Source: Hormiphora californensis
Lineage: Eukaryota; Animalia; Ctenophora
DNA: 64,000 nt
NCBI GenBank assembly: GCA_020137815.1
Contig: CM035350.1
Coordinates: 3,100,001-3,164,000, forward strand
Direction: 5' to 3'
The notes under the pieces are model-generated. The model had not been told where the DNA came from and made no database searches. It saw nothing but the letters and a program-made list of their open reading frames with translations. A program made the position numbers and the translations under genes. Below are positions 52,201 to 63,903 of the stretch, piece after piece (position 1 is the first letter of the stretch; each line of letters opens with the position of its first letter).

Positions 52201-55200
52201 GGGGATTTGAAGGGGATAGGAAGGTTTATCGACACAAAATTTTTTATTAAAATCGGTGATGATTTTCGGTCGTGAGATTGATTTACTTTTTTCCCTCTTA
52301 AAGGCCCTATTTAGCAAAGTTCCGAAAGTTTGTGAAGGCTGTAAATTGGTGAAAAGTTGCGTCTAACGATTATCTAAGTGGCCACAAATTTTTGGCGTGT
52401 CCTTATTTGAGACAAGTTGTACAGAGCTTTTTTTGTGAAAGCCGTTTTTTTAGAAATAAAGAAATAGCCTGTATCTCAAAAACGACTGATTTTAGAGACC
52501 TGAGACCAAGCTTAAACGATTCAGAAGGTCCGATTTTGGGGGGGTCTTCTCAGAGACATTTTTCTCCTACTTCAACGGTTTTTGCTGTAATTGCGAAAAA
52601 GGATTTAGCAAGAAGGTGGAAAAGCAGCACCAAGCAGGCTGTCGGAACTCCTCTTTTGCCCTCTTCAAAGGATTTGTTTTTCGCAATTACAGCGAAAACC
52701 GTTGAAGTAGGAGAAAAATGTCTCTCAGAAGACCCCCCCAAAATCGGACCTTCTGAATCGTTTAAGCTTGGTCTCAGGTCTCTAAAATCAGTCGTTTTTG
52801 AGATACAGGCTATTTCTTTATTTCTAAAAAAACGGCTTTCACAAAAAAAGCTCTGTACAACTTGTCTCAAATAAGGACACGCCAAAAATTTGTGGCCACT
52901 TAGATAATCGTTAGACGCAACTTTTCACCAATTTACAGCCTTCACAAACTTCCGGAACTTTGCTAAATAGGGCCTTTAAGAGGGAAAAAAGTAAATCAAT
53001 CTCACGACCGAAAATCATCACCGATTTTAATAAAAATTTTTGTGTCGATAAACCTTCCTATCCCCTTCAAATCCCCATAATTTTAAGCTTCTAGCCCTGA
53101 AAATGTATTTTTAGGGTGTCAAAAACGTCTTTTCAGAAATTTTCAAGACGATTTCAAAACGGCTGTAGCAAAAATATGAATTCGACTTGAGGGCTAAAAT
53201 TGCATATTTGAGGTCTCCTTGGCATGGCCTACAACCCTGCGGTGAGAGATTTCCCTGCACTCGAAAAAAAAATTTGGTTAGCGTACCCTTAAGACATAAA
53301 ATTGGATCAAACTCTACTTTCATCGACATCGATTTCAAAATTTTCCGTAGGACGCAACAAGTAAGGTTGGACTCCTAACTGTTAATTTTTTTAGGGGGTG
53401 GGACGTGGGTACCTAGTGGGTCTCTGCCAAATAAGCAAGAATTTTGGCATGGCGTCCAACCAATAAGGTCATGACCGATACAGTCACTGCCAACCAAGGC
53501 CCAAGTTCAGCTCTCACTCACCACAATAGGGGCATTCGTAGGGTCTTTCCCCAGTATGGATCCGATAGTGACGAATCATATTGCTCTGGTGAGCAAAGGC
53601 TCTCTTGCATACGTCACACTTGTAAGGTCTTTCACCTGGAGGATAGAAAATGATGGTGGAGATTCTACAGGCATGAATTAGGGGATCCTCTTATAGAAGA
53701 AGATTGGGAAGTAAAGATGGTGTGATAGAGGCTATCTAGAGTGAAGAGAGAAATAGATATGTGATAAAGGGAAGAGAAAGTTGAGGTACAGTGTATACCT
53801 CAATTTTCTCTTCCCTCTATCAAATATCTCTCTCTATTTCTCTCTTGGCATACACCGAGAAAGTTGCAATGTACAAAACGAGTTCAATTGTGACCCCCAA
53901 AACAAGAAAACCAATCACGTCAAATGTACACGGAAGAAATACATGCATGTATTTCTTCCGTGTACATTTGACGTGATTGGTTTTCTTGATCCCATGTACA
54001 TGGGATCATTGTTAAAACACAGACACCTGCCAAAATACTCCAAATATGTATGTACCTGTGTGAACTCTGCGGTGTTCCTTGAGTTTCCAGCTGTTTGAGA
54101 ACTGTTTCCCGCACTCCTCACAGGACGTCTCATCCTCTAGAGCGCCGTCCTCCATGTTCTCAGCAGCTGTTGTTGGAATGGGAGGGGGAATGTTGTCAAC
54201 CACCTGCTCAGACGGCTTGGAGGCGGACATAGTAGATGCCTGATCCTGTTGTTGAGGGAAGTTCCCCAGAGTTTGGACATAGTTGCCAGCTGGGGTGGCA
54301 AGGCTCTGGGTACCCCCAAGAACTGGGCTTGTCAGCTGTAGTGGGCCGGATGGTTTGTTGGGGGCTGCTCCGTACGTGTGCAGGAAGCCATCAAGAAGGG
54401 CAGTGTTCTTTACGTCGGCATTAGGGGACACTGGGTCAATCATAGAGAGCTGCTGGACTTGGCTGAGGGTACCACTGTGGGCCCTGACCCGTCTCACTGT
54501 GATGCTGTTCGATATAGTAGTCTTAGCAGGAATGGTTGTCATGGCAACTGTCTCCTTGGTAGAAACAGGAGGATTCTGGTGGGGAGGAGGTGATGTTGTA
54601 GGTTCATCAGCTGCTTTACTTTCAGAGCTCACATGTTTAGCCCTTTTCTTGAGGACCTCTGAATCTGCGTGAATTGTCTTGCGTTCTAGCACAATCATTG
54701 GGGTCCTCCTTTCTAGCAAGACGCTTGCAGATTTGAACTGTAGTTTGGGCATTGCCGGAACACCTTCTTTTTTCGGGGTAGCAGACGGTGGTGGCGGGTT
54801 TAGTAGTGGCGGTTGAGCGGCTTTCAGAGTGGGTACCGTCGTTATGTCTATGGCGGTAGTCTGGACAGGACTCACAATCGGCTGAGGTGATTTCTGGACT
54901 CCATTTTGATGATTTATCTTCGCAGCATTTTTAAGGTTTTGTACGGCGTCCTGCAAGTTCGTTTGAATCGTAGTTTGGAGATCGGCTTGGCTGACTGTAT
55001 CAACTGGGTTCTGAATCTGGGAAGTTGGTCTTAGCTGGGTATCCATGGAAACTGCAGGTCTCAACTTGGTATTCATGGAAACTGCAGGTCTCATTTGGGT
55101 ATCCATGGAAACTGCAGGTCTCATTTGGGTATCCATGGAAACTGCAGGTCTCATTTGGGTATCCATGGAAACTGCAGGTCTCATTTGGGTATCCATGGAA

Positions 55201-57416
55201 ACTGCAGGTCTCAACTGGGTATCCATGGAAACTGCAGGTCTCAACTGGGTATCCATAGAAACGTAAGTGGGTGGCTTCTTAAGCAAATGTCTCATGTGGG
55301 TAGGAGACTTGGTTTGTAGATGTTTAGCTAGAACTTTCTGTGCCTCGAGATGTTGCTTCTTCTGTCTCTGTTTTATTTGTCTCTCTGCTAGCATGTGTTG
55401 AGTCCGCACCAAATTCTCCCTGTGGGACTGGAGTTCCTGGTTGTTTCCTGCCATCAACTGTTTCTGCAGCTCAGGGTGTATCGCCGAGCTATAGTTCTTC
55501 CTAAGGACTGCCTCGTCGTGTAGCTGCTGCGGTGTCTTCTGCAAGACATTGTACCCTAGAGAAGGGGCCATGGATTGTTGGCCGGTGTTCCCCAATTGCT
55601 GCTGCATAATCTGGTTTGTACGCTGATCCGCCTCTATCTGTCTTAGTTTGGATATCGCTGCTCGCTGCGTCTTTAACAGCCCCGAGTGGTACTGTAGTTC
55701 GGATTGGAGTTTCCGAATATTGATCAGCTGGTTCGCATCCAGTCCTATAAGATCCTCCGGGGTAAGCTGCTGCCCCATAGTATGGTACTGCTGTTGAAGT
55801 AGTCTCTGTTGGTGTTGAAGGGGCCTGAATATTCTGTTGAATGATCGATTTCAGCTCTTGTAGGTTCTGTTTCAGCGATTTCTTCATGTGAATAGTTCTG
55901 CTGAACTTGCTGTAGGCACTTCTCCTTGAGCTTCACCAGGAATCCCTCCCCGCCAACACCTCTCCTTAGTCTCTGCACCTGGTTGTCCTGGTGATGGATA
56001 ATCAGGATTAGAAATATATTTTGTAATGATGCGTGTCTCTCAAACATATTGACTTTACAGTTTAGATTCTATGATAATGGCCGGGAGGGTAATATACCTT
56101 GAACAGAACAAGAAGCTGCATCTCCATGTAGTGTTCAATGATGTGCAGTTTCAGCTGTTTTTTATCAGAGAACTTGCACCCACACCCATCACACCTGAAA
56201 ACACGTTTATTATTAGCTGCAGATACTCAGAATTAGCTGCAGATATACTCAGAATTAGCTGCAGATATACTCAGAATTAGCTCAATAATCCTGAGCTCTT
56301 CCTAGAACCCTAGCTAGGTATAACAGGACAGGTGGTATAACACAGCTCTGCCACATTCTGTCTGGCGCCGCTGACCCCAATACCCCATCTGAGCGTGCAG
56401 CACTGCCAGGACACACTCACACGTATGTGTTGCTGAGGACACACTCACACGTATGTGTTGCTGAGGACACACTCACACGTATGTGTTGCTGAGGACACAC
56501 TCACACGTATGTGTTGCTGAGGACACACTCACACGTATGTGTTGCTGAGGACACACTCACACGTATGTGTTGCTGAGAACACACTCACACGTATGTGTTG
56601 CTGAGGACACACTCACACGTATGTGTTGCTGAGGACACACTCACACGTATGTGTTGCTGAGGACGTGGTGGCAGTCCACGTCGTGTAGTTTGTGCCACAA
56701 GAGAGAGTTCTGGTACATGAAGGGAAGGTAACACTTGAGGCAAGTATACACGCCACACTCATCCTTAGTAACGTCCTTCTGGAGATCTATACCGAGTATA
56801 GTTGCCAGTTGATCGTTGTACCACACTAACAACTCCGCTCCACGTGGTATATTCTTCATCACCTGCAGTGGGAGTCATAGTCAGCTAGAGGGAGCTGGGG
56901 GCTCATTTTGAAATGATGGTGTGAGCCACACAAGTGTAATGCATGTAAGAGCTGCATGAGGGAACAGGGGCATGTTGTACAATTATAGCAGGGGGACTGG
57001 AGATGTTGTAGGAAGTGTTGTGTGGCCAGTCTTTTTACGAATAAAAGATGTATGTATCCTCCCATTTTACTCACGTAATAATACACCCTGTTATCCTGTT
57101 GAAATGCTATTATGTTCTGCTCCTCTTTGCAGCGTGCCCTGTTCACAAATCCCATCCAATAGTCAGGTATCATGGTGCCATCGGGTTGCCGGTAAAGCTC
57201 CCCATTGCCCAAATATGGTCCGTACAGGGTTCCCGAGGTGATTAGTATCGTTGACCATGCACCGCTCCCCGCTGTAGGGATTTTACTTGGTGCTATCTGG
57301 ATCCCAATAGGACACTCAACTTGTTGACGGTTGTTATTGTAGTTGGTGGAGTTAGGTGGCTGTTGAACCTCTTGTTGTTGTTGCTGCTGTGGCCAGATCT
57401 GAGATAAAAAGTAGAA

Positions 57417-57512
<96 letters not shown>

Positions 57513-57872
57513 GCGCAGCTAGATGCTCGTCTCTCTCTCTCTCTGCTCTACTGCTCTATCTCTCTCGCTCGTCTTCTCCTCTCTCCTCTCTCTCTCTTCT
57601 CTCTCTCTCTCTCTCTCTCGCTCTCTTTCTTCTCTCTCTCTCCTCTCTCCTCTCTCTCTCGTCTCTCTCGCTCTCTCTCTCTCTTCTTCTCTCTCCTTGT
57701 CTCCTCTCTCTCTTCTTCTCTCTCTCTATCTTCTCTCTCTTCTCTCTCTCTCTCTTCTCTCCTCTCTCTCTCTCTCTCTCTCTTCTCCTCCTCTTCTTCT
57801 CTCTCCTCTCTAATCTAACTGTGTGCGACAAAAGCGATTAAAAACCTGGCTTTGAGGAGCTGCTGTTGCCAT
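49209..57872 (-). CDS. PRDM-family PR/SET-domain C2H2 zinc-finger transcription factor
   Basis: PR domain: [16 protein letters not shown]...YGPYLG...[29 protein letters not shown]|[17 protein letters not shown]. Fingers: [76 protein letters not shown]. Exons near 57872-57846, 57398-57073, 56863-56645, 56193-56098, ~56000-54056, 53635-53522, 50229-50102, 49908-49761, 49606-49209. The start codon is uncertain and indels occur near 55780-55900. Confidence 0.9.
50594..51984. mobile_element. Kolobok-like non-autonomous foldback element 1 (TTAA TSD, ~600 bp TIRs)
   Basis: TTAA-GGGTACGCTAACC ... GGTTAGCGTACCC-TTAA. Near-perfect TIRs 50594-51195 and ~51383-51984. TTAA target plus purine-purine ends fits Kolobok rather than piggyBac. 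Confidence 0.9.
51989..53288. mobile_element. Kolobok-like non-autonomous foldback element 2 (related subfamily)
   Basis: Same termini, ~610 bp TIRs and a different ~75 bp spacer. Shares the TTAA at 51985-51988 with element 1; a second TTAA lies at 53289-53292. Confidence 0.9.
53903..54007. repeat. Perfect 86 bp palindrome (53903-53988) adjoining a perfect 20 bp palindrome (53988-54007)
   Basis: caagaaaacc...aatacatg|catgtatt...ggttttcttg, then gatcccatgt|acatgggatc; inside a PRDM intron. Confidence 0.95.
55025..55262 (-). repeat. Coding minisatellite, 30 bp (VSMDTQ[L/M]RPA) x8, each unit carrying GTTTCCATGGATAC
   Basis: Direct repeats in the large PRDM exon, with cores at 55039, 55069 ... 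55249. Confidence 0.95.
56409..56660 (-). repeat. 28 bp tandem repeat x9 duplicating a PRDM exon end plus GTGAGT donor
   Basis: Plus-strand unit ggacacactcacacgtatgtgttgctga; on the minus strand tcagcaacacatacgt|GTGAGTgtgtcc. Confidence 0.95.
57419..57811. repeat. (GA)n run followed by a degenerate (CT)n tract in a PRDM intron
   Basis: Directly visible. Confidence 0.95.
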
Positions 57873-58223
57873 GAACTGGTCCACAAAATGTCCATTATGG
57901 GCTTTAATCATATCACGAGGGCGGGTATGGTTTACAATATGTAGCACAGCTTGTGCAGAGCAAAAGTGTTATCATGTAATGTAGGGAGAGGGAGAGGGAG
58001 AGAGAGGGAGATGACTTTTAAAGGTCTCCTCATGCCCCAATCTGGCTCCAGATCCAGGATATGGTTATTGGTGATGCCGCGTGTAGCACTGTAGTTATAC
58101 ACTAAGCAGTGTGTGCAAGGGCTCCTTTTTGTCAACATACACACACATTCATTTGGATAAAATAAATCAAGTTTAATTTCAAAATAATACACGGAAATCA
58201 TTGTATATTTAATGTATGTATAA

Positions 58224-59055
58224 TAGGGTGTGCTATTTCAAATTTTTTTCGACTAGCCCATTCAGTATCTAGCTAATGTGAAACTATGGACAATTCTCTA
58301 TCACATCAGCAAAACAGAATCGAGATAGTGTTTGTCAGTTACGTTGGCATCGCGATTTAAAAAGTGTAGTTTTTAACCGAAAAATGGTAAAAACAGGGAA
58401 ATATGTGTGGTTTTCACCAGTTTTTGACATGTTCTTGATATCAACTTTTTATGTTCAGGATCGTGTTCAGCACCTCGAAACTGACAAGAATTGATATGCA
58501 TCATTAGATGATGCTAAAGTTCATTGTTGACCTAAAAATGTTCATTTTTGACAAAAAATGTTCATTTTTGACAAAAAATGTTCATTTTGGACATGTTCTT
58601 AAATTTTGAGAGCTTTTTCATGAACGGGATCGTGTTCCGCAGGCCAAAATTAGTCGATTACAACCGAAATTTGCTTTCCACCAAGAAAAAACTAAAAAAA
58701 ATTAAAATTCGTCCCCACGATTCTGCAAGTTGGTAAAGTTAGCAAGAAAAAAAGGGAGAAAAATTTTTATTTTTGTTCATAAAGTGGATATCTGAAGACT
58801 CAAACTGAAAGTAACAGTTGTATAAGTTGTCACGAGACGATTTATATGTGTGTTTTGTTCGAAATCACGCCCTAAAACAGACTTTTTGAAATGAATATGC
58901 CCATATATGGGCATAGCTCGTGCCAACGTAATTGGGCCGTGGTAGAGCCAAAACTTTGTGATAAAATGTTTTAGAATGATCGTAGGAGCTCATTTAACCC
59001 GATACCAAGTGAAATTTTGAACTAAATTAACCATTTGAAAAAATAGCACACCCTA
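58224..59055 (-). mobile_element. ~830 bp non-autonomous DNA transposon, family A copy 2
   Basis: TAGGGTGTGCTATTT ... AAATAGCACACCCTA; the reverse complement of 20166-20984 with few differences. Confidence 0.93.
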
Positions 59056-59207
59056 CAGCGTGCGAAAAACTTGATATTATTCACTTTTGTGCCCAGTCAA
59101 CTTTTGTTCTTAAAATTAAGCTTATACAATGATTGTATAAGCTTAATTTTAAGAACAAAAGTTGACTGGGCACAAAAGTGAATAATATCAAGTTTTTCGC
59201 ACGCTGT
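59055..59207. repeat. Perfect 153 bp palindrome (76 bp arms, 1 nt loop)
   Basis: acagcgtgcgaaaaac...ttatacaat g attgtataa...gtttttcgcacgctgt, centre at 59131. Confidence 0.95.
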
Positions 59208-59264
59208 CCCAGTCTTGAATCTTGATGATCAAGTTGATCTCCTGGAGAGCAGGGAGTTATCCAA

Positions 59265-62200
59265 TTACAGTTTCATTGATGGATCTCTCTGTCTCGACAT
59301 CTGCCTTGATTTTCCTGAAATATAACTTTCGTCAGAGGTCAGACATTTGCATATATCAAGATGTCGCAAATGAAGCAATATCAGTATCACTATCAGTCGA
59401 ATAATACCTTTCTATATTACCTTTCTTTGATTCTCGGTATGTTTTGGAGAAGGAAGACACGATGATAGTGAGTGGCATGGCCAGGAAGATCATGGAGAGA
59501 AAGGAGACCACAGTACCTACCACCTGGCCAAGAGGAGTTATCGGGTACACGTCACCATATCCCACCGTAGACATTGTCGCAACCGCCCACCAACTATAGA
59601 ATGACGGAGGAAGGTGTGAGATTATTGGCTATCATGGGAAGTGTGGGGGAGGGACAGGAGTTGAGTAGACAGACTTTCTTAGTTGTCTCACAAAAGACTG
59701 CCCTCTCAGGCCTCTCTAAACTGGGCAGTCATGACAATTCCTTACCTTGCTGCTAGGATGCTGTTCATTTTCTTGTTCTTGTCTCCCTCGGCATAATACA
59801 TGATCACACTGAATATGATCACACCCAGACCCCAAATCAGTACAAATAGTAGTAGTTCAGATGCTGAAATGAAATGCGGTTATCGGGGGAAAGGGTTTTG
59901 TCCGGCAAATCGGTGTGTCCGGTATTCCGGGTCCAACTGTTAGCTATATTATCGCGTTATAGGTTTAAATCACCCCCCCCCCCCTCAACCTCGGCTGGCG
60001 CCTCGGTCGATCGGCGTCGTGATTTAAACCAGTTTAATCGCCCAACTCCAGTTGGCTGTCCCCAGCTCGCGCTTTGCCATGCTACGCAGTCTGTCCGGTG
60101 TGAGAGCTGGCAGACGAGGAACATGTCAACTCGCGCTACTCGCTAGGAACAGCAAACTTCATGACGCGCCAAGCTACAAACGTTCTTAGTACTATCATGA
60201 ACAGTCTACCAACCTGACTTTTTAAGGCTCAGAGCGATTAAAGCCAGTTTCTTGTTCCTTCTGAACAGTTTAAACATCCTAAAGACCCTGGCCAGGCGAA
60301 TAACTCTGAGGCCTCGGATATTATTCTTCGAAATGTTGCTGAATATGTTCTGAAATCGGGGGATATGAAATGTGAATTATAGGGCAGGAAACAGCTAGTG
60401 GGAATCACACTCGGATTGAGTTGAGGCAAGGGGCCGGTGAATTTATATCTCACCTGGATATAGAAGGGTAGGACACTCATGATATCGATCCATGTCATTG
60501 TAGATTTGAGGAGTCGGAGAAGTTCAGGGCTGGTGGCAAATCTGAAGACCACATCAAGGGAGAAGAAGAGAGTGGTACAGAGCTCAGCATAGAATAGGAC
60601 ACACCCCTCAATCTGAATGAGTTGGATTACAACTATTTAATTAGTTAGTTCAACTATTAAATTGGTTGATTTAGTCAGTTAAATCCTAGCAGTAACTGAA
60701 ATCACCAGTAACTGCTAGGATTCCTAGGTCACATCTAGATTATCACACCGATAATTCTAGTTTAGTAGTAGTAGTTTACTATTACTAGTAGTTTACTAAC
60801 CGTAGATCGAATATCGTTCTCGTCTACCCTGTTCTTAACGGAAGGGCAGTGTCTCCACAATCATTCCGAAGATAGAAACAAAAATGAAGAGTTGATCAAA
60901 CCAGGCATAGATAGTTGCGAGTCCTGCTGCTTTTTGGCTGCGTCAGGACACACCAGACAATGTATCGGATCCACAGGAGTCTCCCCTTGCACTGTGTTAT
61001 CACACAGCTGCAGCATGGGGTTATCCGAGTCACTCTGGTCACTTTCACAGTCACCCTCGGCGTGCTCGTGGATAGCCTCTAGCCAGTAGAACCGGACCTC
61101 ATCCATTATCACTTCAGCGGGGAGGTCATTAGGAAACTGTAGCTCACCAGAACGGTAGAAGTTGAACACACACTCAAACATCTCCCTGTTTCTATCAATA
61201 AAGTATTCCTCGTACCTGAAACATAGCAATAGCTGAGTAGCATGCATAGACATAGAGTTAGAAATATACAACTCTGTATACTGTATCGAAGTCATAACGG
61301 CCTGTCGGTCTCCCTTGCACCTCCGGAGATCTACGGCTACCGGAAACGTCCCCCAGAGACGTCCCAGCTGGGGGATTATAATAAATGCAACGCCCAGGAA
61401 GTCGTGCACCGGCAAAAAAAGTGTGTCAGAATTGTCACTGAGTCACTTTTCTGACAGTAGATTTCGTCTCTGGTGGATTTTCTATTATAATCCCCCAGCT
61501 GGGACGTCTTTAAAGTGAGAGTGGACAGAATCAGAATTGGACAAGTTTGTTGGAGGTTGTAGAGATTAGTTCTATGAGCATTTTGCCATTTTGCCGCTCA
61601 AAATCGACCCATCCATCACTGAGATAATTTTGTTACTCTCGGGGAATTCCTGTTTAATCAGTATGTAACAAACAGGATAGAATTAATCGTCGTGTTTAAC
61701 TAACACATTCTGAATATAAGCAGTGAGGTTGACATGTCCATGCACAAAAGCAGAGCAATGCAATTCAGCATATTAAGAATTTATAAAATTTGTTAGTAAA
61801 ACACAAGGATTGTTTCTATCCTGTTTGATAAATATTGATCCAGCAGGAATTCCCCGAGAGTAACAAAAATATCTCAGTGATGGATGGGTCGATTTTGAGC
61901 GGCAAAAAGGCAAAATGCTCGTAGAAATAATCTCTACGACCTCCAACAAACTTGTCCAATTCTGATTCTGTCCACTCTCACTTTAAATAGGTAGCTTTCT
62001 TTCCAACGAGTTCAAGATGATGAGAATTGGTCAGGAATGGTGGAGATATGGCCAAATACGTCCAAAGTATGTACTGAGTATGTGACTTTACTGTATTTAA
62101 AACGTGCATCAACTACGTAGTTGATGCACGTAAAGTCGCACACTTTTTAGCACCAAATTTAGACGTTTTTGGTCATAACTCAGCCATTTCTTGGTCAAAT

Positions 62201-63903
62201 CATTTCATCTTGAGCTCGTTGGAAAAAGGGCATTAAGCTTTTTCCACACAGCTCAATTAAATGAAAATCGGTGTAAAAAATGGCGGATTTATGGTGCAAA
62301 ATGCTCGTTTTGCGCCATAGCTCCGCCATTTCTTCACCAATTTGCTAAAACTTGAGCTGTATCGAAAGAGCTTGATGCCTTCTTTACAACGAGCCAAAGA
62401 CCAAACGATTTAACCAAGAAATGGTTGAGTTATGACCAAAAACAACTAGATTTGGTGCTAAAAAGAGTGTGACTTTACTGTGGCATCAAAGGATCATGTG
62501 CGCGCGTTATTTATTTGCGCGTTTTAAAAGCGCGGCTCATAAATTAATTTTTTAGGCAATTCCAAAAGCTTAAAATTTGCCTTTTGACTTGCGAAAAATT
62601 CGAAAAGAGCTGCCCTTTGCCTTGAAAAGTGCGGCCTTATCCCGCGCTCAGCAGCCAGTAGGGTCAACAACGTTTGCCAAACCTTTGCCATTTCATTGAG
62701 CATCATCGGACATGTTCAGTTAGCGCACATTCAGGTCACGCCCACCCAATCGCAGCTCAGAAAGGGCGGATCACAAGAGCTGCTCTGTGCTGCTCTGTGT
62801 GATTGGTCAAAACAGGTCACGCGGTGCGCTACCTGAACATTTCCAATGATGCTCATGGGGTCTGTAAAAACTATAAGTATATGCCAAGCAGAAAATGAGC
62901 ATCATCGCTATTCGCTCCTTGAAAATGTGTAGGACGCACACAGCGTGATCTATTTAGACTGATCACAATATAGAACAGTTCCAGAGCCCACTCGTGACCC
63001 GCACGTTAAAGGAGCTGCTCAGCTGCGATCGGTCAAAACTGATCACGCTGTGCGTGACCTGAAATTTTCCGTCGTTGTCACAGAGCGACACCGTAATACT
63101 CATACTACAGAGTGCCCGGGCTTGCAAGCTCACAAGGGACTATTCACTAGAGCACCCTATTTTTCGAAAATTGGAATACCATAATTATAGTCGCTTTTGT
63201 ATTCTGTGTGTTTGGTAGCTTACCGAATCTGCACAAGCACACTCTGCAGATCACAGTGTCTTTACTTTGGAAAGTGCCCCATACCAGGACACAGCGTGGA
63301 CGCAATGGAGTAATTGTAACAGAATAGTTTTTGCTAAACATCAAAGTAATGTATCTCAAACCTGGGATCCCAGTATGTTTTAAAATGGTTGCTCGCTAAG
63401 AGGGTTTCTGGATATTGCTGAATCTTGCTCTCCCAAAGTTCGTAGAAAGTTCCAGACACATTTATACGGAGCTGAAAACACAGGGTTCACATGATGTGGT
63501 GGGGTGACAGATATGGGAACGATGATGTGATAAAAACACGAATTTAACATTGTTAATTAGGGTAGCGACTGGCTATTTGAAAATGGCGGCTAATTTGAAA
63601 CACCTCCTCTACAGGACAGCAGGTGCACCAGATTTGGATATTTAGACATTATATTAGTGGGCTTGGCATGAGTTCTGACTAGCCGACTGATGTCTAAAAT
63701 CCAAATCTGGTGCACCTGCTGGCCTGTAGAGGGGGTGTTTCAAACTAGCCGCCATTTCAAATAGCCAGTCGCTACCTACTCACCCGTTTATCTCCGGGCA
63801 GTCTGGGTCCAGATAAACTTTTTTTGAACCGAGGCTTTGCCTCATGCTTTATGGAACTGGATTTAGGATGGGATAACTTGATAGAGCTCTTTGAGGGATT
63901 GCT
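59265..63903 (-). CDS. Shaker-superfamily voltage-gated K+ channel alpha subunit (5' end unresolved)
   Basis: T1 domain LRINVSGTFYE...YPETLLA...EEYFIDRNREMFECVFNFYRSG; S4 RGLRVIRLARVFRMFKLFRR; pore WWAVATMSTVGYGDVYP; S6 IFLAMPLTIIVSSF. Exons approx. 63903-63784, 63471-63362, 61215-60801, 60612-60454, 60348-60213, 59863-59746, 59594-59421, 59314-59265. Indels at 60830-61000. Confidence 0.9.
61357..61509. mobile_element. Short Kolobok-like MITE
   Basis: agacgtcccagctgggggattataat ... attataatcccccagctgggacgtct-TTAA. The left TTAA is not preserved. Confidence 0.75.
61514..61982. mobile_element. Kolobok-like MITE with ~180 bp TIRs and TTAA TSD
   Basis: TTAA-AGTGAGAGTGGACAGAATCAG ... CTGATTCTGTCCACTCTCACT-TTAA. 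Confidence 0.9.
61990..63070. mobile_element. Stack of degenerate inverted-repeat elements in a Kv intron (e.g. 62131-62481, 62697-62855)
   Basis: taaagtcgcacactttttagcaccaaat...atttggtgctaaaaagagtgtgacttta; tgagcatcatcgga...tccaatgatgctca. A 30 bp perfect palindrome lies at 62102-62131. Confidence 0.65.
63558..63778. mobile_element. Foldback MITE with ~95 bp TIRs abutting a Kv splice donor
   Basis: tagggtagcgactggctatttgaaa ... tttcaaatagccagtcgctaccta. Confidence 0.85.

Noticed and set aside
50714-53378. Paired identical ORFs on opposite strands as transposase genes
   Set aside because: They are a by-product of long TIRs; they are short and show no DDE or zinc-finger motifs.
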